A stretch of DNA of 63,739 nt, counting the filler, from Phoronis australis (Eukaryota; Animalia; Phoronida), in the NCBI GenBank assembly GCA_002633005.1. It is 11 parts of 11 records of this genome, joined end to end, with 100 filler letters (N's around TTAATTAATTAA, not from the genome) between each part and the next. Parts side by side here need not be neighbours in the genome. Positions count along the whole stretch, not along the records: positions 1 to 7,299 come from NMRA01002039.1; positions 7,400 to 26,359 come from NMRA01000017.1; 9 more parts are not named here. One strand, 5' to 3'. Shown here piece by piece: positions 1 through 10,618 of this stretch; positions within the stretch are counted from its first letter, which is position 1; each line of letters begins with the position of its first letter. A program made the position numbers and the translations under genes. Under the pieces are notes generated by a model. It ran no database searches. It saw nothing but the letters and a program-made list of their open reading frames with translations, and was not told where the DNA came from.

Positions 1-497
1 TCGGAATCCTGACCACAGCACCCACAATGCACCATTTTAACCTAATTTCAATATGGCGTCGCTGCAAATCCGCTATTGGCAATTCCCAAGAGCCAAGGTT
101 CATAAACCAGCAGGCAACACTAAGTTAGGAATTGAGGAAAGTCAAGTCAAGTGGCAAGTGTCATCAAACTGACATACAATTCTTGGCGTGTTCCTAAACC
201 ATTTTGTGCTTCTACAATCAACAGTGTTGGGTCAGCTAAATGACACATCCTAAATTACTGAATGAGTGTGCGACTCCACAATAGACTTGCAAGATGTCTG
301 CACCTCAGATTTTGCTCAAAATTCTGAAATGAGATTTTCAAATACTGCAAACAAATGGATCAACATTGACTGCAATTAAAGTATCTCTGCTGAAGTTTTT
401 TAAAACTTAAAAAGCTTAAAAGGTTTTGTGAAAAAACAGATCACCAGCAGTTTTACATACACTTTATGCATGTAACAAAAATTGAAAGAGCTCTTAA

Positions 498-2158
498 AGG
501 AAAATGCCACCCAAAAAAACAATCTAATTTCTATCAATTTAGATCGAGTAGTTCTACTCCATAACAACACGTACAGTTGCGTTACCTGACACCTGACGGC
601 AGACGGAGGTGTTGAAATTATCCAACGACGTCATCGGTTTCACACGCAGTCTGTTCAGTAGATCACAACACGGGTTACTGGTGTCAGCTTATCGCTTGAA
701 GTCATCGTTTAACACCAATAAACCATCAAACGTCGATGTAAAACCCTTGAAAATACACCGAGTTCTTATAAAAACGTGTTGTTTTATTTCGCTCTTTCGG
801 ATTTATTGGTATTTGGACACACCGTAGCCTACAAAATTCGGCAGGCCAATAAGGTCCGTAGCAGGAGTTTGGGGTCTCAGTGTTCGGAGATAATTTCGAA
901 GTATTTTCCGTGAGATACAGACAGGAGAACCTAGATCTGTGTTGTTTAGACTTGTGATTTTTGAGTTCTAAATACCGTCAAAACGCTTGTTATCCTGGCC
1001 AGTGGCTCGGAGCCCGATCTGAGGCCCGTCGCGGCCGGCCGGATTGACTCCGCCGTTATCCCCGCCAGTGGCTCGGAAACAGATCAGACATCACGAACAT
1101 AAATCAGCCAAAGTTCAGTGGAAACTAAACTTCCAGACAAAAAATACTATACTAGTGAGCCAAAGTAATGTGCACGGTTTGGTGAATTGGCCACGAAGCT
1201 GCAAATCTACTTACTCGTCGGGGGCCGCGAATTGGTTCCGCTTGGCCGGGCCACAGCACCGTCAGGGCAGAAGTTGTACATTGACAATCATTATTTGAGT
1301 AATGTAAATGTAAATAAAGATTCCCCTAACACCTGGCCGTGGGATAGAAATCGAGTTTTTTCACAACATTTTCTGCCAGCAAACACTAAATTAGCATGTC
1401 ATTGAGCTCACACGGCCTAGGTGTTCCGTCAATTAGTTTTATTGCACCTAAAGCCGGTAACGCATTGATTTATTCATTGCTGGCTTCTCAAATCATTTGC
1501 ACTCACGAATACTCCAAAGGCATTACACATTGCATCTAATGTGACAGACTTTGTTTGAGATTTATATAAGTATTGGTTAGGGTGAGAGTAATTCATTTTG
1601 AAACAGAACGCTCAGCAACTCGCAATCCCGACTTAGGACGATCAGTCCCGACTTCACAGGTGGATCGTTAAGTTTTACAGGCTATCAATTCGAACAGGAA
1701 TATAGTGATGAAGAAATACTAGAGAGGCTCCGTGAACAAGCTCAGACAACGGAGCATATGGAGCCATTGGTAAGCCGGCATTTGTCAGGCACTGTCAACG
1801 TCTGCAGGTCACAGACACGGAGATGTTTCACGGCCTCATACTTGCTATTTACAGCGTACATTTCATTCTTCACTACCATGAGCCACTTCCTAAGCATTTC
1901 GGACTCTCGAGGAAGTAAAAAAAAAAACGATATACCCGCTTTCCTCGCAGCTGCTTAGTTCGGACAAGCGGGAACGATGCAACATAGCGGCATTCACTCT
2001 GCATATGAACCACTGACGTGACTAGCGTCGTTTCTCACCTTCCTCACAGGTTAACGCGACACCTCTTGGCAAGGTAAGGCCGACCGTATGCGAGGCGATG
2101 TGGATATAGACCGATTAAGACGGCAAAAAAGACTAATTAAATCGGGTGGCATTCTCCT
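498..2158 (+). mobile_element. Non-autonomous Kolobok-type DNA transposon
   Basis: TIRs AGGAAAATGCCACCC (498) and GGGTGGCATTCTCCT (ends 2158), with TTAA on both sides (494-497, 2159-2162). The paralogous copy at ~22351-22375 has the empty site (AGAGCTCTTAAAAAAGAGAAAGAC). An internal remnant 'GYQFEQEYSDEEILERLREQ' (~1675-1760) resembles a KolX N-terminus. Confidence 0.8.
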
Positions 2159-2496
2159 TTAATAAAAGAAAAAGACCAAGGTGACGAAGGAAACGATGTT
2201 GAATCTATTGAAAAATTAAGAAGATTGTCACTGTCAGTTCCATTTAACAGTGCTCAAAGAAATGTATATGTGTTGCCACCACAATGTATCATTTGCCACA
2301 AATCAAAGTCCATCACAGAAAACCTATCCCAATTCCAAACATTCACTTGTAAATAGGCCTACCTTTTATTAATTCATTTATGGCAAGACAATCCTTAGTT
2401 TAGGTCAGAGAAAATATAATTGTTATGCTTGATAAATTTGCAGTGTTAGTCGTCCCAGTCTCATAGGTACTGGCAGTACTATTTACCTACATGTGA

Positions 2497-2622
2497 CATG
2501 GGCGACGTAGCACTGAAAAAAGTGGCGGGGGGCTGTAGCGCAACAGCCCCCCTGTGGTGCACCGCCCATAGACCATGGGCGCCAGAGCACTGAAAAAAGC
2601 CTCCTATGGTGCGCCACCCAAG
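2497..2622. mobile_element. Small dimeric MITE (CATGGGCG termini) with 5-bp TSD TGTGA
   Basis: Two tandem units starting CATGGGCG..AGCACTGAAAAAAG. TGTGA lies at 2492-2496 and 2623-2627, and the paralog at ~22689-22705 has a single TGTGA (empty site). The same structure occurs at 59316-59460. Confidence 0.65.
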
Positions 2623-5600
2623 TGTGAGTGATCAGCATTGCTTTTTATGAAATTTCAAGCCTACTTTTAGACCGCTTTATGTAAAAACATCAGAGTGTTT
2701 GAAATTTTGAGAAATATAAAATACAAATAATGGCGTGCTCTGTAATTCATTATTCTTGAAAATTCAAAAGCTGCTCAGATTTCAGTGTCTCACATTTTGG
2801 AGATTCTTCAATTGGAGAATTTTCAGAGTAGGAAAATTTTTACTCTTCCAATTATGTGCTATCTAAAACAAGAAAGGTCAAAAGAAATTTCATCTGTATG
2901 GAAAACAAGACGCTTTTCAAGTTCACACGAAAACTATTACCAAAATGACCATAGACTGAAGTACAGTGTTAATGATGATAAAAATTGTCTAATCGTATGT
3001 CTTAAATTGTTTGATGGCAAATACAGTGCAATCAATGCTAGTAATGTTGCTCATTTCTCTTAATGCTTACTTTTGCTGAGCACTTTGACAAAATAAATTT
3101 TCATTTATTGTCCATACCGTGTGCTAAAGTGAAAGCATTTTGGTTATCTGTTTCAATAAAAAGAATTACTGTAACAAGGCTGATGTGTTAAGATGAAACG
3201 CTATTCAGGTTGACAGAAATTTTATTCCAGGTAGGGTGCAGACTTGCAGAGATATTTGTTAAACTTTATCATTAAAGTTGGGCTCAACATTTGTATTTCA
3301 TGGTCAACTGATGGAAGACATTGAACCATTTGTATGCAAGCTGTACGGCGACTCATCATCAACAGTTGACAAAGCACGTTACCACATATTCACGTTGAAA
3401 TTTGTGATGGAATCATCTCTGCCTCCTAATCATGGTTTTTTGCTGTTACATGCCAAAAAAGCAAACTACCTGTGTGCCATTCACAAACGAGCCTTGCAAC
3501 AGCATGTCAGTGCATCATCTCCAATTGGAAATGGGTGGCTTTGAGCAGGGTAGTCTGAAGTTCCACTGATGGACTCTGCCTCTAGCCCCAGAAAATGTCA
3601 TGAAAAAAGTTAATTATAAGTGTAACAACACTGGTTGTAGTAAAAAAATGAGCTCTCGCTTGACGTCGAGCATGCCATGTTCTAAGTTGTGTGAATGTCG
3701 AGATTGTGTAAATACGGTTTCTCAAGAAACAACGTTTGATGATAATATTGATGATAATATTGATGATAATATTGATGATATAAATAATGATGGATTGGAT
3801 GAAGAAATTGTGTGCTATGTTGTTAAAAAACTTTGTAAAAATTTGTAGCCTCGTGGAAAATATTGACATTTTATCATGCTCGTGGCAGTCAGAACTTCAT
3901 GGTGTATCGTTCCCCTGTGACAGTTGACAATGAACTACAATGTAGATAATGATGATTAATTGTGACAATTAATGAAAGTGATGACAGTGACTTCATTGCA
4001 GAAGCGTTGTGAATGTATGTTTTTCATATGTAGGTTGTAATATCAAATCTTTTTCAAGTTCCAAATAGTTGCTAAATTTTTTTCTTTTTCTCTTTTTTGA
4101 GCAATTTTCCACCTAATGTTATAATATTTATCACTTTTCTTGTCCATTAACTTCACATGAATAAAACCCAATCAAATTATCATTCGGTTTTTGTCTAGTG
4201 TTCTTGGTTTTTGAAGATTGGTTTTCTGTGCCAAATTTTGCAAAAAGTCAGATTTTGAGGTCAAATTTCTCGGGAACATTTTAGATCCTTAAAGTATACT
4301 GTACTTAATGATCTTAAAAACACCAAAATTTTCTTGCCCCTAAAAATAGCCACGGAAGTGATATTCTAGGCTTCCTAGAGTTCAATGGCTACTTAAAATT
4401 GTCTCGAGAAATGACGAACTATCAGTTTTCTCCTAGTAAAATAAGAGCATGCAAATGTGTCTAAGGTTTATTCATGTTTTCACAGAAGGCGGGTAAGGTT
4501 GTGTAGCCGCCACATCACAGACTCTACGCTTTGTTAGTAGAGCTAAAAGTAGATGTGGCAAGTTGTCGGGAATTTCAACATATTTAAGGTCCAAACTTCG
4601 ATTTCGTTTAAATCGTCTATCGATTAGCTGGAATCCAACCCCAGCAATCATCGATTTCTAATAAAATAAAAAACACAACGAACTTGCTTTTTACAGCCCG
4701 GGTCACGGTTAATAACTCCAAGTAGTGTACACATGTGCATGTTTGTTAACCAACAGTAATGCAAAATGTGTTTTTCATCCCCAGGGCACGATTTTGTTCC
4801 TTCAGGCATTACAGGTTCTTTATCAAAGCAAAACAAGTACATTCTTAAACTTCAAAGCTTTATTCAAAATAAAAGATGCTAGAAAGAAGTTTTCACGGCA
4901 AACACATCGATTAAAATAATGTAGAAAACGTGTAATTGGTGAGAATATAAAAACGTGTGAAATATCTAGACTGAAAATATGAAATAATATGTTGAATGTA
5001 AACTGAAAATAGGACGTTCAAATTCATCATGGAGGATACTGCATAGATTAAATTGGCAAGCTCATTCAGATACAAATCCGACTCCATTCACTAAACTAAC
5101 TTTTTATTTAGAAAACTCTGTTTTGAAAACGTTCTCAAATTGTTCCCTTGCCATATAATAATCGGAGCTTGGAAAAAACTGACATTACTTAAGACCAGGC
5201 TTCACAGGTTAACTTGCCACAGCGGGTCATATTATGCGTCAACCATCGTCTCCAGCAATAACGAGATACCAGGGTTTTACAAACTTAGAAATCATTTCTG
5301 ATGTGAGTTTGGAAAAATTTGACGCCAGTTTTATAGCGATAAAAAGTCTTAATCATATAATAACATTTGAAAACACAGTTTGAAAGACAAAGATGTTGCC
5401 TTCAAATTTCCGACTATTAATTAAAAAAGTACAATCAACAGCGTTATCAAAACGAATAAAACACAGCGAGTCAAATAAGGGTAGTAAAGTTAAAATCTTT
5501 TAAGAAGAACAAAAACAAAAGACAAGGATCCTTGCGGCATCAATACTCAAAAATGTTATTTTTTAGTTTCTAATTTATTGGGTAGATAGGTTTTTGGATC

Positions 5601-6360
5601 GAAGCGTACCGCAAATAAATCATCTCTTAACTGGGCAACGTGATACATTCTGAGCAAGTTCCATTGGTTACACGACCACCGCTCACGTGCAGTTGATGTC
5701 TGTGCACACAGTAAAAATGAATGTACCAGAGAGCATACCGGAGTCAACAGAAAACTGACTATTTGTCAATAAGCACGTTGAAAGTATTTTTGCCAGTTTC
5801 ACTTAAAACTCGTCCTGTCACCGGCTATTTTACATTAGTACTTGCCACAGGTAAAACAATTATGACGTTTCTGGTAATTCCTCTTCGTTTTCGGTCATGA
5901 GATACATGTAACACCACTCTGATGACAAATACGGCTTCCACCCAGACGTCATAACCGGGAATTCCTGGTCATTTTAGCTGAATACTTTGGCTTGTACTGT
6001 AGTTTTCACATGGTTTATCGTGGGTAGGCTCCCTCAGCATCCATCGGTTACCTTTCCCAAGCGTTTTGTCACGTTTTCCTTTTGAAGTTTGTGGATGTTT
6101 ACAAAGCCTCGTTTTACGTGACCAAATATATATAAGAGATCTTTGCTAGTATCTGTTGTTGGCTTAAAGCAGGGTTTATTGTCTGTTTTAAATTGCATTT
6201 ATGCTGCGAATCACAACCGGACATGGAAATAACAACCGATTAACTTTAACCAAGTTAGACCTTGAGAGTAACTTCTTTCCAAAGCTGTAAACAATGTTTC
6301 ACAACGATTCATTTTTATGGCAGAAAAAACGTGGCTGAAGAATATTGTCTTGGTTGATTT

Positions 6361-7299
6361 TTACAAAGAAACGTTCAATATTTTACGCAGCTCTGAACTT
6401 CTGCAGAACAGTTCGATGTTATGCGGACCAAAGGCATCCTGCATTCGCTTTAACGAACTAAGCCCCGCCACAACGTGGTTTACTTTCATGCGAAGTTGAT
6501 CAGCATCAGTGTACTGCTTCACATATCCTCTAGATATTTTCTGTATCGTCCCAACGGTTGAAGATGAAAACTGAGCGTTAAGGTTCCCCACTACGTCCTT
6601 CATATTTTCGTTGTTTGTTAGTTTCTCAAAGAAGCTCATCCATTGTTTGTCAGAAAGATAATCCATCATGGCATGGATATCATCAAAGCCCACAACGCAC
6701 GTCACGTGATAATTTCTCCACTTTTCGCACGTCTCACCTATGTACTCCATGCATCTCTGGGCATGTCGTCCAGTGACGTGCTTAGAGCAAAGGGGACTTT
6801 TCGTCAACAGATACAACGTGCAGGGATATTCGTAGCTGCAACTTTCCAATTTCGTGGCTGGAATGCTTTCCATTAGATGTTGCTCCGTGGACTTAGTGCT
6901 TCCTGACGCGGTGTTGGATTGAGCGATTCTAATACCGTTGTCTTTGTGCATGTCTGCACTTTTGACATGTTCGAAAGGTTCATCTGGCCCATTGTGCTTA
7001 AATCCAACTACACCGTAATCTGTTCTAGAACTCAAATCTTGTTGTAGTTTGGTAACATCCTTTTCTGTATGTCCAACCAACACAGGCTGTCGTGTTTTGC
7101 CCTCTCGCAAATCTTTTAAATATTCGTCGACATCTAACAGCGCGTGGTGAGTGTCTCGTTCTTTTGCAATTCTCAGCACTGCAACGTTTTCATCATTTGA
7201 GCAGAGAGTACTTTTACCAACCAGACCCGGATATGTACACTGAAGTCTTTTATTGGAGATCTTATCGTACTTTTTTCCATTTACAGCGTTTTCTCCCTG
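6361..7299 (-). CDS. 5'-truncated ORF/terminal exon of at least 312 aa; C-terminal part resembles an AID/APOBEC-like (SNAD-type) deaminase fold with degenerate Zn motifs
   Basis: The frame is open from the contig edge at 7299 (QGENAVNGKKYDKISNKRLQCTYPGLVGKSTLCSNDENVAVLRIAK...) to the stop at 6361. Motif order: DYGVVGF / IRIAQS / STEQHLM / CTLYLLTKSPLC...RCMEYI / CVVGFDDI / SLKRMQDAFGPHNIELFC. Confidence 0.6.
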   Translation of the reverse strand, partial: QGENAVNGKKYDKISNKRLQCTYPGLVGKSTLCSNDENVAVLRIAKERDTHHALLDVDEYLKDLREGKTRQPVLVGHTEKDVTKLQQDLSSRTDYGVVGFKHNGPDEPFEHVKSADMHKDNGIRIAQSNTASGSTKSTEQHLMESIPATKLESCSYEYPCTLYLLTKSPLCSKHVTGRHAQRCMEYIGETCEKWRNYHVTCVVGFDDIHAMMDYLSDKQWMSFFEKLTNNENMKDVVGNLNAQFSSSTVGTIQKISRGYVKQYTDADQLRMKVNHVVAGLSSLKRMQDAFGPHNIELFCRSSELRKILNVSL

Positions 7300-7399
7300 N
7301 NNNNNNNNNNNNNNNNNNNNNNNNNNNNNNNNNNNNNNNNNNNTTAATTAATTAANNNNNNNNNNNNNNNNNNNNNNNNNNNNNNNNNNNNNNNNNNNN
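7300..7399. other. Artificial contig linker (N44-TTAATTAATTAA-N44); identical linkers at 26360, 29442, 32425, 35872, 46546, 50495, 52637, 55324 and 61672
   Basis: Ten identical 100-bp blocks, each with a six-frame stop core TTAATTAATTAA. Confidence 0.97.
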
Positions 7400-8319
7400 T
7401 GTTATGCGTGTATACGTACGCTAGCAATGGAGGCAAAATGTACAGCACTGAAAGTGACACGAATACGTGTTTAGATTATGTTTTATTATAATGAGTAGCT
7501 TTGCATTCAGATAAACACCGTAGGCCTAGTGGAGCTATGAAATATGAACAAGAAGCCCAGATCATCTAACAAACGGCAGTAAAATGCGAGCATGCATGCA
7601 TGCAGAAAAGAGTAGTGCGAAGACTATCAAATAATAATACCACTACTGCTACTACTAATGATATTACAGGTTAAAGAAATACTAATAGTAACTATAATAG
7701 TAAGTATACTAGTAACAACTACAGTATCAACTTTATTGCAGACACACAAGTACATGTACATTGTAGGCATACAAAAAGCAGGGAAGGCGGGAAGAAAGCG
7801 TGAGGTAAGCGTTAACTAAACCGGAGGTAAGCGTGAGGGCTACCCGGAGAGTAAGCGTGAAACGACCGTGACTGATTTCTGTCACACCTGCGTTCCGGTT
7901 AAGCTCCGGTCTGGCTGGGCGTGAGGTAGCCCGGACGAAGTCTAATAATTCAGTGGCTGTACTGTAGTTGGCCATGAAAACACAAACAATTACAATTAGT
8001 TCAAGGCGTGAGAACATAACATTTTATATAACCTGTTTGATGACTGACTCGTTCGTTAGGTTTTGTTTGGTCATCCGGGTGTAGGATGTTTTCACCAGTT
8101 CTTTTTCACAGCCCTGAAAACGTCGTAAGGACACCTTTTTAGATGCGGTGCAAAATCAGGATGGTCCGCGAGACAAATCTGCGCTTCTCCAAGAACTCGT
8201 TTCCCTTGCGGAATTTCGTGGCAGCAAACGCGAGCGTCAGTAGTTCCATTATCGTGCAGTTAGCTCACTGACAATATGGCAAGTAATTCAGTCAAACGGT
8301 TATCGGGACTATTCATATG

Positions 8320-8945
8320 TTCCGTCGTCTGTGCACGTTCACGGAGCCTCTCCATTATTTCTTGATCAGTGTATTCCTGCGGAACCTAACAATCGACCTG
8401 TGACGGTCTTCGTCGGATGAGTACTCGTCTAAGTCGGGATTGCGAGTTGCCACGTTGACATTTATATTGTTTCAAAATATTTTATATGCTATGGTCAGAT
8501 GTTAGGGGAATCATTATTTAGATATTCATATACATTATTCGAATCATTGTTACAGTCCAACTTTTGCCCTGACGGCGGAAGGGTATGAACCCGACTTTGC
8601 GGCCCACGACGAGCTAGTAAGTAGATTTACAGTTTCGCGGCTAATTCACCAAAATGATCAGCGTGCACAGTTTTTCTTTGGCTCACTAGTAAAGTCTTTT
8701 CGTGACTGGAAGTTTATATTCGTGATGTCTTCAGTCCGGCTGCGATCGGGTTCCGAGCCACTGGCCGGGATAGCGTTAAAGCGGTTTATGAATGAAAATA
8801 TCGCAAGTCTAAAATTACAACACGCAGCTAGGTTCTTCTATTTGTATTTCACGGACGAATCATTTGAATTTATCAACAAACAGACCCCAAACTCCCGCGA
8901 CCGACCTTGCGGTAAATTGACCTACCGAACTTTGTAGGCTACGGT
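8320..8945 (-). mobile_element. Diverged inverted copy of the internal region of the 498-2158 Kolobok-type element
   Basis: Reverse-complement matches, e.g. GTAGCCTACAAA..GGAGTTTGGGGTCT (824-877) vs 8881-8945, and GCAACTCGCAATCCCGACTTAG (~1615-1636) vs ~8429-8450. Confidence 0.7.
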
Positions 8946-9036
8946 ACGGTACGTGATTGTGAAAAGTGTTGTTATTGTTCATGCACTGAGAAAGCGTCAT
9001 GAATTCTTAGACATCAAAATTATAAAGGTAACTTAC

Positions 9037-9200
9037 CTTTTTCACAAGACCAGCTTCAACCTTCATGATGTGTTTGTCGTCGAAGCAGCCGTCCTCAAAA
9101 TGGTCGGAGCATATTTCGGCTCCGACAGATGGCTGACTCGACAGGCATTTTCCAAAGACGAGCAGTTCAGAATATTGTGGACTTGCGGAACATTATGTAC
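9037..9200 (-). pseudogene. Degenerate THAP zinc-finger fragment (DNA transposon derived)
   Basis: The minus strand reads ...ARLWK/(frameshift)..PSVGAEICSDHFEDGCFDDKHIMKVEAGLVKK, followed by a GTAAGT donor. 'ICSxHF' is the THAP signature. Confidence 0.6.
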
Positions 9201-9930
9201 ATTTTGTGGAATTGCCAGGTTAATTGGACCAGTAAAAGCTTCATGATTGACAAAATAGTTTTGTCAATTGTTTATTTGTTGAAAACATGCTAAAGACTTG
9301 TAACACTAAAGCACTTCTTTGGTGCTCTAAAATTTCAAAACCAAAAATAATTAATCATTAAATGTCAGAGTGACAGTTGGGGTAAAAGGTACCGTATGCG
9401 GAACAGTTCCAAAAACAGAAAAGTTTTGCAGAGCCCTCAAATTTTAAATTTTCTTCAAGTGCAATAAAGTTGAAATAAATTCCATTCTCAATAACGCTTG
9501 AAAGTATAAATGTGTCAAACCCATTTACTATGTAAGCCAACACTGCGTGTGTTATCTTACTCATAAGGAGTACTAGCCTGCGCGAAAGTGGTTCACTTTT
9601 ATCCTTTTGCTCAGTAGACGGCGCTTTTGTAAACATGGTGGCTCGCGATTTCTGGTTTAGGCAGTAGGCCTATCGCGTTTCTGAATCAATGTAAATGTTA
9701 CTGAACAACTGTTGTAAATGCCTACTCAGAACAATCTCCAAACCGGGACTATAACCGGGGCCAGTCATGTACGCCTGTACGGTTGTACTTGCATAAAAAG
9801 TGAGTTAAAAGGGGTCTGTCTGAATTGAAGGTAGGCTAAATTGGTGATTTTCGACACATCGTCACTGTGGCTGTGGCCGCTTGGATCTCGACTACAGATT
9901 TTAGCCTTATCACACCTAACTACTTTCAAT

Positions 9931-10618
9931 GGAAACAAATCGGATACAATGGACCCTAACTTATTCCAAATAAATCCACTAAATGTAGGTCTAAATGAAT
10001 GATTTTGGTATCGTTGCATTCCTCAGACATCTGGCTATCCGTACATATCCACCTTACAACCCTCAATTACTCCGTTCTATAACTACGCTATTCCGAACTC
10101 GGTCCACTTTAGTCACGCGCATTGTAAAATCGGCAGCTATTTCAGGGAACCTACTATATCTAGCGTCATCTATCGGCGATTTGCTACTAACAACACAAGC
10201 TGTTCCTTTTTCATCAGTCAACATGGACGAGATAACATGACGATGACAGATACGATCGTGAGAGAGACGACGAAGGTGATGACGAGAGCAGACGTACGAT
10301 GATTAATAACGGTGACGTTAATAATTGACGAAATCGACCAATGACGTTGACTGATAAAAAACATTAACAGCGCCGATAGATGACGCTAGGTATAATAAGT
10401 TCCCTGAAATGGCTGCCGATTTTACAATGCGCGTGGCTAAAGTGGACCGAGTTCGGAATAGCGTAGTTATAGAACGGAGTAATTGAGGGTTGCAAGGTGG
10501 ATATGTACGGATAGCCAGATGTCTGAGAAATGCAACGATATCAAAATCATTCATTTAGACCCACATTTAGTGGATTTATTTGGAATAAGTTAGGGTCCAT
10601 TATATCCGACTAGTGCCC
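9931..10618. mobile_element. Fold-back/MITE element with ~247-bp terminal inverted repeats
   Basis: 9931-10178 is the near-identical reverse complement of 10371-10618. This explains the twin spurious ORFs 9995+ and 10554-. No clear TSD. Confidence 0.8.

Larger units (their letters stand above)
77..4421 (+). mobile_element. Decayed Academ (AcademX-like) DNA transposon, interrupted by a Kolobok-type insertion (498-2158) and a small MITE (2497-2622)
   Basis: Broken reading frames give N-terminal '...IERALK / ...YVLPPQCIICHK' and C-terminal 'FVCKLYG...VDKARY...LPPN..LLLH.KKANY....H......SPIGNGW', followed by a Cys-rich 'KCNNTGC...PCSKLCECRDCVN' (3278-3848). This is the XPG-end/Cys8 finger pattern of AcademX proteins. 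The 3' end near 4421 finishes in ...GAACTA. A second copy of the 5' part lies at ~21890-23056. Confidence 0.6.

Noticed and set aside
7344-7355. Recurrent TTAATTAATTAA motif as a biological repeat or CRISPR-like array
   Set aside because: Always embedded in exactly 44+44 Ns; it is an assembly linker.
9995-10554. Two near-identical ~80-aa ORFs on opposite strands (toxin/antitoxin-like pair)
   Set aside because: A by-product of the inverted arms of a fold-back element.
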